Below are positions 1 to 7,563 of a stretch of DNA of 31,647 bases, piece by piece. The position numbers and the translations under genes are program-made. The notes beneath the pieces were generated by a model. It was given only the letters and a program-made list of their open reading frames with translations, searched no databases and was not told where the DNA came from. Origin of the DNA: a virus (taxonomy: Duplodnaviria > Caudoviricetes); IMG/VR virus record IMGVR_UViG_3300004241_000037, positions 1-31,647 of that record; one strand, 5' to 3'. Numbering within the stretch: position 1 is the stretch's first letter; each line of letters begins with the position of its first letter.

Positions 1-1319
1 TTGTTCATCTCCTTGGTCATGTTCATGACCCGGTCGTAGGTATCCTGCTTGGCATTCTCTATCTGCGTGATCGCATTGATCTTCTCAGAGTGCAACTTTT
101 GCAGTGAGATGTTGAACTTCACATCAGCCCCGGCCTTGGCTTGCATGAACTCAGAGGAACCCATGATACCCAGGTTACCAAAGACGTTACGCTGTTGCTT
201 CCACATAGCCTTCTGCGCTTCCTTGGCATCCACGACTGCGTAGTTGTACGAGTCACTGACCTGCTTGTTCTGGATCTCCAGGTCACGCACCTTGGCATCC
301 CGGGTACGGTTCAGCTCAGCGAGGAAGTCTGCAGTCTCCCTATCCATCCTGGCTTCTTCCAGGTCCTTGTTGTTCTTGGCAGACTCCAGCTTGTTCCGAA
401 GCGTTATCTCCAGGTAGTCATAGGTATCCCCTATGGTCTTTGACTGATTAGCGGTACTGTCATTGATGAGCTTCTCTCTGCCACGGATACCTTCTATCAA
501 GGGATCGTAGGCAGTATTGAACGTTCCGGTAAGCGGAGCCACCATCTTGTCATAGGCAGCGCCGTACTGTGTGTTGTACTCACCTTCCTGACTCTTGGCA
601 AAGGTCGGGAGCAAAGCCCCGGTGATCTGGTCCAGTGACCAGCCAGCCTTGGCGTAGTTCAGTACGTCATCCACCAGCCCACCCTTGCCTATCTGGTCTC
701 TCACCATCTGCATAGCAGCAGCTTTTTGCTCTGGATCTGCGAAGATGGAATTGATCTCATCCTCAGATAGACCGAGCTGGTATTTACCCAGCTTGGCAAA
801 GGCTTCAATCATCGGATCAGTGAGCGATACTTCAGCCGGGGTAGTGCTGAATTGAGACATGATGTCAGAAACAGACATCCCGGTATAGCCACCACTCGTG
901 CCACCACTGCCGGTATCTGCTAATGCGGTAGATCCTGCCCCACCTCCTGATTGGTCAACGACCTGAGGCGGTGTTTGCAGATTGGTCAATGGCTGTTCAT
1001 ACCCATTCACATTCATACTGGTACCGAGATCAACATCCGGGACCGCAGGGAGAAGATCACCCCCAACGAATCCAGAAGTGGCTGATCCATTTCCTGATAC
1101 ACCTAGCCCTGGGTCGGGTGTCATCAGTTGACCATTGGTATCTACTGAGGTCGTACCCCAGTTCCCACCGTCAAGCATGACTGGTGCCTGGTCTGCTCCA
1201 GCTCCGCTACCTAATCCGGTAGCTTGCCCACCACCGCCACCACTACCATCAAAAAGGCTAGCTATGCCAGTAGCGATGTTCTTTACACCACTCACGAAAT
1301 TGTTGAAAAAATTACCCAT
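1..1319 (-). CDS. Probable internal virion / DNA-ejection protein (partial, runs off the window)
   Basis: Missing from the ORF track because it has no stop in the window. ATG at 1319 (MGNFFNNFVSGVKNIATGIASLFDGSGGGGG...), read by eye as open to position 3 (...DRVMNMTKEMN). Gly/Ser/Thr-rich N-half and helical coiled-coil C-half. Position downstream of the tail genes in a podovirus-like module supports the functional guess. Confidence 0.6.
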   Translation of the reverse strand, partial: MGNFFNNFVSGVKNIATGIASLFDGSGGGGGQATGLGSGAGADQAPVMLDGGNWGTTSVDTNGQLMTPDPGLGVSGNGSATSGFVGGDLLPAVPDVDLGTSMNVNGYEQPLTNLQTPPQVVDQSGGGAGSTALADTGSGGTSGGYTGMSVSDIMSQFSTTPAEVSLTDPMIEAFAKLGKYQLGLSEDEINSIFADPEQKAAAMQMVRDQIGKGGLVDDVLNYAKAGWSLDQITGALLPTFAKSQEGEYNTQYGAAYDKMVAPLTGTFNTAYDPLIEGIRGREKLINDSTANQSKTIGDTYDYLEITLRNKLESAKNNKDLEEARMDRETADFLAELNRTRDAKVRDLEIQNKQVSDSYNYAVVDAKEAQKAMWKQQRNVFGNLGIMGSSEFMQAKAGADVKFNISLQKLHSEKINAITQIENAKQDTYDRVMNMTKEMN

Positions 1320-1353
1320 CGCTCTAGCCTTTCATTTTATCGTTGAAGTACCA

Positions 1354-1680
1354 TCACTGAGGTCTATTCAAATGGTTGACGAAAAGGAAGAAACTCCAGC
1401 TTGTGACCGTCATCAAAACAGTATTACAAAGGGTGGTCCAGTTGATAGTGTTCTGGTCAAGACCCATGTCCATGATACGCATGGAGTAGGTCACGACCTG
1501 TAAAATTGATCTGATACCTATGGTGGCGATGAGTAAGACCAGCAGAATGTTCAGTGTCTTCCTCTGCTTTTCCTTGATCAGTCGTCTCTCCTGTACCAGC
1601 ATGATAACCAGGAGCATTACCGGGACCAGGTTGAAAATGTTGAGGGTCAGGATGAACCACCGCAGCAGGTCGCTACTCAT
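1354..1680 (-). CDS. Small integral membrane protein (3 predicted TM helices), possibly holin-associated
   Basis: 108 aa with three hydrophobic segments; ATGA-type coupling to the upstream gene at 1677-1680. Confidence 0.6.
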   Translation of the reverse strand: MSSDLLRWFILTLNIFNLVPVMLLVIMLVQERRLIKEKQRKTLNILLVLLIATIGIRSILQVVTYSMRIMDMGLDQNTINWTTLCNTVLMTVTSWSFFLFVNHLNRPQ

Positions 1681-1937
1681 TGTTTGTTCCTCGTCTTAAT
1701 GAGTTCGTCATAAACTCTTTCAGTGACCGTCAAGGTCCTGTCTGCTACTGCGGTGTTCTTCTCAATGACACCTTTCAATTCACCGTTCATCTCTGTCTGC
1801 CGAGTGATCACGGTCAACAGCTTCTCCTGTAATTCGCAGGTCTGTTTATCTTTCCCAATGTAGAGCCAGACAAAGATCCCGGCTATTCCCAGTTGCGCTA
1901 TGGCGGTCAGAATGACTTCAGTGTTTTCCATATTCAT
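1677..1937 (-). CDS. Holin-like protein (BhlA/UviB-type architecture)
   Basis: Single N-terminal TM segment (ILTAIAQLGIAGIFVWLYI) followed by a charged coiled-coil tail. Confidence 0.5.
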   Translation of the reverse strand: MNMENTEVILTAIAQLGIAGIFVWLYIGKDKQTCELQEKLLTVITRQTEMNGELKGVIEKNTAVADRTLTVTERVYDELIKTRNKQ

Positions 1938-1942
1938 CGTCC

Positions 1943-2281
1943 CTACCGAGTAAAGGCTTGGCGCATACCTGACAACCTTTGGTTGATCATGTTCTGCTGC
2001 ATCTGCTGATCCATCATGGCCTTCTGCATCTGCTGGTCTACCATAGCTTTCTGCATCTGAGGATTAATGACCGGCTGAGGCATACGAGGCGGGGCTACTG
2101 GCCGGGGTGCATTCGGGTTGTAGACATTCGTTCTGCTGCCATCTGTCCAGAAGGTACCATCCCCACGAGGGATGAGAGCCATCGTGTAACTACGTCCAGG
2201 TTGCACTGGCCGCTTTGGCATCATCGGCCTGGGGGTTGGCTGTGACCACTTCAATCCATCCACGAGACTATTTAGCGCCAT
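1943..2281 (-). CDS. Hypothetical Pro/Gln/Met-rich protein with 9-aa repeats
   Basis: 112 aa; AAGGAG RBS inside the upstream gene; repeats PQMQKAMVD/QQMQKAMMD/QQMQQNMIN. Confidence 0.55.
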   Translation of the reverse strand: MALNSLVDGLKWSQPTPRPMMPKRPVQPGRSYTMALIPRGDGTFWTDGSRTNVYNPNAPRPVAPPRMPQPVINPQMQKAMVDQQMQKAMMDQQMQQNMINQRLSGMRQAFTR

Positions 2282-2615
2282 CGTCTTTCTCCTTTACAGT
2301 AAGACCTTCCAGATAAGATATGACCTGACCGGCAATGACCGGGCGGTACGCTTTAGGCAGATTGTCTTTGATCTTTTTGATCTCATCTATCTCCAGGTCT
2401 ACCGAGTCCGTAGCCGCCATGATCTTCATGGAGGTAGCCCAGATCTTCATGGCTTCTGACGGTGACTGCTTCTCACCTTGGTCCCGGTAGTTCAAGGAAT
2501 TGACAAACACTTCCTTCATGGTCAAATCACGACTGACCAGTTTACCGTTCTCCATGTCTTCTGCCTGGAATACGGTGTCTTTGTAGGTCATAATCGGTTT
2601 GAACTGTACCTTCAT
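2268..2615 (-). CDS. Hypothetical protein, possible fibre-assembly chaperone
   Basis: 115 aa, AAGGAG RBS, directly downstream of the tail fibre gene; function inferred from position only. Confidence 0.55.
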   Translation of the reverse strand: MKVQFKPIMTYKDTVFQAEDMENGKLVSRDLTMKEVFVNSLNYRDQGEKQSPSEAMKIWATSMKIMAATDSVDLEIDEIKKIKDNLPKAYRPVIAGQVISYLEGLTVKEKDDGAK

Positions 2616-2637
2616 TGCTTTCTCCTTAGAGAGATAA

Positions 2638-4332
2638 TTAGATCATTTCTATGCAGACATAGGTCCGGCCTGCGCCAGTTTCTATGTCAGCCTGGGCAGC
2701 GGGGGCTGGCCCAGTATTAGCCTGGACGTAAATATCTATCGTGTCTTCTGCTGCTAATAGGGCAGTGGTTGATATGTTCATGGTCCGTCTACGCTCATCA
2801 CCTTCACTCTGCGCTCGGCAGAGATCAGCCCCATTCTTGTATATGAACAAATAGCATGGACAGTCAACCACATCATCCAGGGCTACCTGGGCTGTTATAC
2901 GGTAATAGCTGGCTACTGGAGCTGTAAAAGTAGACGTAGCGAAATTGCTACCAATGTCATATTCTTCAGTACCGAATACCACTTTGGTCGGCGTAGCATC
3001 AGTTATGTCGGTCTGTTCGCTACTGGAATATGCCCTGCATTTAGCTACAGTAGATGTTGCATTGCTACCCCAGGATACTGAGTCAACTGCCGAGATCGCT
3101 CCGAACGCTTTGTAGTCACCGTCAATATCAAAGATGTGCCGGGTGGTGGCATTGTTCCTCAGGACAAGGAGGTTTGCATCTGCACCACAGTCAGTCACTC
3201 CGGTGCTACCATCCGTGTAGTAAGCTGCCATCTCAAATACGCCACGGCCAGAGGTTGTCTTTGTGGTTCCCAATGATCCAGCAGCATAAGCACCAAACTG
3301 AAAAGTGATAGCTGATTCAGAAAAAGCCCGGATATCCAATCCCCCGGTAGTAGCAGCGGCTTTACGGAATGATCCGTAGGTATCTGCTTCCGCATAGTCA
3401 GTAAAGGATTGAGCTACATCAGATGATTTGCAGGCCAGTATCTCATCATCAGAGGCCTTCTGATCAATGGTCAATCCTCTGGTCATCTTGGCATTGCCAG
3501 ACATTGAGCCGATAGTGAGTATGCCGTTATCAATACAGAGAGAGGAATCACCACCCTGGCCATACAACCTATGGTTTACGGTAGTGCTGTTATTACCTTT
3601 GTATACCTGGATTGAGGTATCTCCGGAGGTCTCTGTTGACCTGAAGATCCTGAAGATCACTTCATCAGTAGCCTCTCCGGGCATAGCATTGATATTCACA
3701 TAGGCGGTCCCGGTATCTCCTGAACCGTAGAAGGCAGCAGCAATGGTGTCGTACGTCACTTCCAAAGGATACTGCGTAGGTACTTTGTTTATGCCTACCC
3801 TGTTCTCAGAAGCATCTACGAAAAAGGTGTCAGTATCCACGAAGAAGTCATAGGCCCCAACTGCTACCGCAGCACCAAACTCCACCTGATCTGAGGCGTT
3901 CACCTTGAGGATGTTGACCGTGTCATCCCCGGCGTTGTTCAGCCCGAGCAGGTATCCGTCATTCAAGAGCTTGATACCGAGATTGTCTATGAACTTGCTG
4001 TCCGTACCATCATGGTCATGCCCAACAGTCGTGGACGTGATCGCAGTATCCAGGTCTGTCCAGAGACTAGACACCGGGTTCATGGTGACGGCACATCCGG
4101 CGCTATGTGCGCCAGCCGAGGTAGACCCGACCCCTCTGGTCTCAAGCGTACAGGTAGTACCTGCGATGCTTGATACCTTGACGATCTCTCGGAGGGTAGC
4201 ATCAGTCGCATCCAGTACCAGGTAGCAAGGATAGCTGGTTGGCGCTGCCACCAGTACCATGCTGTTCGCCCCGGCTGTGATCCCACTACTGAGGGTAGTG
4301 GAGAAAAAATCTTCAATGTGGTTGATTGCCAT
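2638..4332 (-). CDS. Tail fibre / receptor-binding protein with C-terminal C1q-like domain
   Basis: 564 aa. Beta-rich fibre motifs (FFVDASENRVGINK); C-terminus [33 protein letters not shown]...IYKNG matches the C1q signature; follows the nozzle gene. Confidence 0.8.
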   Translation of the reverse strand: MAINHIEDFFSTTLSSGITAGANSMVLVAAPTSYPCYLVLDATDATLREIVKVSSIAGTTCTLETRGVGSTSAGAHSAGCAVTMNPVSSLWTDLDTAITSTTVGHDHDGTDSKFIDNLGIKLLNDGYLLGLNNAGDDTVNILKVNASDQVEFGAAVAVGAYDFFVDTDTFFVDASENRVGINKVPTQYPLEVTYDTIAAAFYGSGDTGTAYVNINAMPGEATDEVIFRIFRSTETSGDTSIQVYKGNNSTTVNHRLYGQGGDSSLCIDNGILTIGSMSGNAKMTRGLTIDQKASDDEILACKSSDVAQSFTDYAEADTYGSFRKAAATTGGLDIRAFSESAITFQFGAYAAGSLGTTKTTSGRGVFEMAAYYTDGSTGVTDCGADANLLVLRNNATTRHIFDIDGDYKAFGAISAVDSVSWGSNATSTVAKCRAYSSSEQTDITDATPTKVVFGTEEYDIGSNFATSTFTAPVASYYRITAQVALDDVVDCPCYLFIYKNGADLCRAQSEGDERRRTMNISTTALLAAEDTIDIYVQANTGPAPAAQADIETGAGRTYVCIEMI

Positions 4333-6149
4333 TATTCCCCTCCAAAAGTTAGGTCTTTATCAAACGCTCGTTGGTTGCGGTGTCTGTACCAGAAGCCCAT
4401 ACCCAGGAAGTCAAAGTGTTCTCCGTTGGCTACGTTCGCCAGCTTGATCTGGCAGGTACGCCCTACATATCCTCGGCTGATCCTCATGCGTATTGATTCC
4501 TCAGTGGTAGTCTGCGTTCCGGAGCTGTACCCTATCATGTCCACGCCTATCATGGATACACCGATACCAGCTACACCGACCTGTCCACCTACACTATATA
4601 CCATGCTGTCTCTCAGCACACCATCTGTGTAAATATCTATCGTCAGGTCACCGAGTACATTCTGCAGGTATACGTCTATGAACCGCCAAAGTTTGGCAGT
4701 AATGTATTCTGAAATATGGTACTGCTTGGTTAGGATCCATGACTCAATCCGAGTACCGTTGTCGCTATACGTTGAATCAAAAACGTGCATCTGCCCACTG
4801 TTCGTACCGAATATCAGGTGTTCTGCTCCACCAGTATCCTGTACGATCTTCATGCAGGTAGCATTGAAGCCACTCATCGGGAACAGCCCGAGGTACTGCA
4901 GGTCATAGAAGACGGCACGGTTGTTATAGGTCGTGGTGGGGTAGCACAGGTAGTAGCCGTTGTGTGCTACCTGGGCATAGGCCAGATGTACGTTCGGTGC
5001 GGAGATAGCATCCAGCTTGTCCTTTACTCGTTCGCTGATATTGTCTATCCGCATCTTCTCCAGCATGTTCGGCTCCATGCCGAGAGAACAGATCTTGAAT
5101 CCACCCTGCCCATCCCGGGCCAGGAAGAAGATGTTGTTCTCAGTAGACACGATTGACTTGGTAGCACAGGAACCTATCTGCTCACGCACGGTCTTTGGCA
5201 CCATGTAGGTCGTGGTGCTGGTAACCTCAATCGTGATGCTGGCTATCTTGTCTTCTTTGAAGACGAACAGGTTATCGTTCATGATGGCGAAGCCTATGAT
5301 GTCGTCACCATCCTGAGCGTAAATATCTATGAACCCCCCACCGGCTGCGACCGTGAACTCATCCCCACCGGAAGCAGAGTAATATAGGCGGCTCCCAACG
5401 CTAGCCCATATCCTGTTCTTCCAGAAATACAAGTGATCAAAAATGGGAGGATACCGAGTATAGCTGGCGTAGATACCTTTACCAGTGGCGGGTGCGGCAT
5501 TGAAGGTAACCTCGTAAACACCAGTGGTGTAATTGATCGTACCTGAGCCTCCAGCGTCACCAGTCAGTGTACCATCGCCATTGTCGCTGAAGGTCTCCAC
5601 GTCATCAGCGATCTCTAACGTGTCTGCTTTCAGTATGGGAGCCGCCAACGTACTTCCAAAAGTCTTGGTCACTGCATCGCCAGTAGCGATCAGCTCGTCC
5701 ACTACGTCCTCAGTCAAGTCAGCACCGGCAGTCTCATTGAGCTTCTGTGGCTTGTCTACGCCATTACAGAAGTAGATATGATTGAATGCCTGGATCAGGT
5801 CACAAGGACCGGAGGTCAGGCCGGAGAGTATCTCTGTACCCCAGCTCGTATCGCTGTAGGCTTTGACATAGACCTTAGCCCCAGCTACGCACATCAGTTT
5901 ATCTACGGTCTCAGTTTTGAAATGGATGATCTCATGGATCGGATCAGTCCCCAGGTCATTGCCATTGGCTGTATATCCACGCCTGGTACGCAGTCTACCC
6001 TCAGCTTCCGGTATCACGTTCAGGCAGTCAGACAGTTCATCATCCTTGATCTCAATCGGATTGGAATTGGAATGAGCGCCGAGGGTCATCTTGGAGAAAC
6101 CCTTGTGCATCAAGTTCTTGAATACTTGGATTTGCTCATACCTGGGCAT
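4332..6149 (-). CDS. Tail nozzle / tail tubular protein B (P22 gp10 / T7 gp12-like beta-propeller)
   Basis: 605 aa; N-terminal DCLNVIPEAEGRLRTRRG, propeller-like motifs (IYFCNGVDKPQK, FWKNRIWA, LYYS, LFVFKEDKI); located between the adaptor and fibre genes. Confidence 0.75.
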   Translation of the reverse strand: MPRYEQIQVFKNLMHKGFSKMTLGAHSNSNPIEIKDDELSDCLNVIPEAEGRLRTRRGYTANGNDLGTDPIHEIIHFKTETVDKLMCVAGAKVYVKAYSDTSWGTEILSGLTSGPCDLIQAFNHIYFCNGVDKPQKLNETAGADLTEDVVDELIATGDAVTKTFGSTLAAPILKADTLEIADDVETFSDNGDGTLTGDAGGSGTINYTTGVYEVTFNAAPATGKGIYASYTRYPPIFDHLYFWKNRIWASVGSRLYYSASGGDEFTVAAGGGFIDIYAQDGDDIIGFAIMNDNLFVFKEDKIASITIEVTSTTTYMVPKTVREQIGSCATKSIVSTENNIFFLARDGQGGFKICSLGMEPNMLEKMRIDNISERVKDKLDAISAPNVHLAYAQVAHNGYYLCYPTTTYNNRAVFYDLQYLGLFPMSGFNATCMKIVQDTGGAEHLIFGTNSGQMHVFDSTYSDNGTRIESWILTKQYHISEYITAKLWRFIDVYLQNVLGDLTIDIYTDGVLRDSMVYSVGGQVGVAGIGVSMIGVDMIGYSSGTQTTTEESIRMRISRGYVGRTCQIKLANVANGEHFDFLGMGFWYRHRNQRAFDKDLTFGGE

Positions 6150-6808
6150 TAGTAGTTGTCCCTGTAATCTTCAGCTTGAGTTGCATCTGTGTAGGGGATG
6201 AACCTGTCCGAAGCCTTGTACCCGGAGACACCATTGGTGCGATCCCAGGATACCAGGCGTTTCATACCATCCGAGTATTCCTTCAGGTATTCTTCTTTGA
6301 CCGGATCATCTTCCTTCCGGGTCGCTAGATAGCAGACAAAGGTAGGAATGATGTCATGGAATACCGTAGGGAATAAAGGTGAATCCGTGTCCTCATCCAT
6401 CTCCGGAGGTGAGAACAGGTAGATCATACTCAGGTTGTTCGTACCATCTGCCGAAGGAGTCTCCAGCAAATGCAGGTAGCGGTCACCCTGGTCAGTACCC
6501 AGGACGTAGAAGTAATGCCCACCTGATTCGTAGAACGGCACTTCATGGTAATTGATACCCAGGAAGGTGTCGCCATCTACCTTGACTTCCTTGATCAGAA
6601 GGCAGTCATCCGGCAGCTTGTACGCAGTAACCCCTGTCTGGAGGCTGATCGTCTTGGTAACGGTCATCCAGTTCCAGTCGTTCCTGCCACGGATGATCTT
6701 GCGGTAAACGCCATTGCACCAGTTGTTGAGCTGGGCAGTAGTACGGAAACCGGTGATCGTCTCACCGATGTAGTCCGTTATGAAAGTTCTCATTTCTTGC
6801 AAGTTCAT
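6149..6808 (-). CDS. Head-to-tail adaptor (tail tubular protein A-like)
   Basis: 219 aa; MNLQEMRTFI...WNWM...YKLPDDCL...DTDSPLFPTVFHDII pattern typical of podoviral adaptors; position upstream of the nozzle. Confidence 0.75.
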   Translation of the reverse strand: MNLQEMRTFITDYIGETITGFRTTAQLNNWCNGVYRKIIRGRNDWNWMTVTKTISLQTGVTAYKLPDDCLLIKEVKVDGDTFLGINYHEVPFYESGGHYFYVLGTDQGDRYLHLLETPSADGTNNLSMIYLFSPPEMDEDTDSPLFPTVFHDIIPTFVCYLATRKEDDPVKEEYLKEYSDGMKRLVSWDRTNGVSGYKASDRFIPYTDATQAEDYRDNY

Positions 6809-6817
6809 AGAACGCTC

Positions 6818-7141
6818 CTAGTTCCAAGTATGTGAGGTGGTCTGATCAGCGTCAGTCCAGCTTGAGGAATCAGTAGCGTCTTGGTCTTGCCAGGTAGCGC
6901 TTGTCGTACTGTCAGTGTCTGCCCACGAGGCCGTGGTGACTTCATCACTATCAGTATGAATTGGCTCCAGCCACCTGTCAAGCAACAGCACATTGCTGGC
7001 CATGCCATAGGTCGCCATTGCCAGAACGTCAATGTTGATACCGGCATCCTGGTCAAGCCAACCCAGTGAATCAGGATTGTCTTCCTGCTCCTGGGTGACA
7101 TTGCCCATGCACAACATGCTGATACCTCTATGCTCTATCAT
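6818..7141 (-). CDS. Hypothetical virion protein with Trp-periodic acidic tail
   Basis: 107 aa; ATGA coupling at 7138-7141; C-terminal (S/T)W repeated every 11 residues. Confidence 0.6.
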   Translation of the reverse strand: MIEHRGISMLCMGNVTQEQEDNPDSLGWLDQDAGINIDVLAMATYGMASNVLLLDRWLEPIHTDSDEVTTASWADTDSTTSATWQDQDATDSSSWTDADQTTSHTWN

Positions 7142-7563
7142 GACTTGCTGATCTCCGTAGGTGAATCTACTACTGTCCGGGTAGTAACGACCGTTGTACC
7201 ATCCTCACGGTATAGCGTCTCTACCTTTGAAATCTTATTGAAATGGTACTTGCCTTTGGCAAAGGCCACCATAGCTTCCCCCATAGATCCGGCCACGGCA
7301 GAGTACTGTGTCTGGTCTCCATCATTGCAGCCCATCCGGTAGCGTTCAATAGTAGCCAGACCAGCCCCACCGTCAGCTATGAAGGTGTAGGGAACAGACG
7401 GATCGTATGTGGTGAAGTCGTACTTGTAGAACCCTTCCCCTACTTCCGTCATGTTGGCAGCGTCCACGATCTTCGTACTGGTATTCAAACTCCAGACTGA
7501 GATAGTGGGAACCAGGCCGGTAGCCGGTGAGCCTTCGTCTGTGAAGAATGCTGAGAGTATCAT
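7138..7563 (-). CDS. Hypothetical beta-sandwich virion protein
   Basis: Start moved to ATG 7563 (AAAGGAG RBS, ATGA overlap with the stop of the 971-aa gene); 141 aa, Thr/Val-rich, MTEVGEGFYKYDF motif. Confidence 0.6.
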   Translation of the reverse strand: MILSAFFTDEGSPATGLVPTISVWSLNTSTKIVDAANMTEVGEGFYKYDFTTYDPSVPYTFIADGGAGLATIERYRMGCNDGDQTQYSAVAGSMGEAMVAFAKGKYHFNKISKVETLYREDGTTVVTTRTVVDSPTEISKS

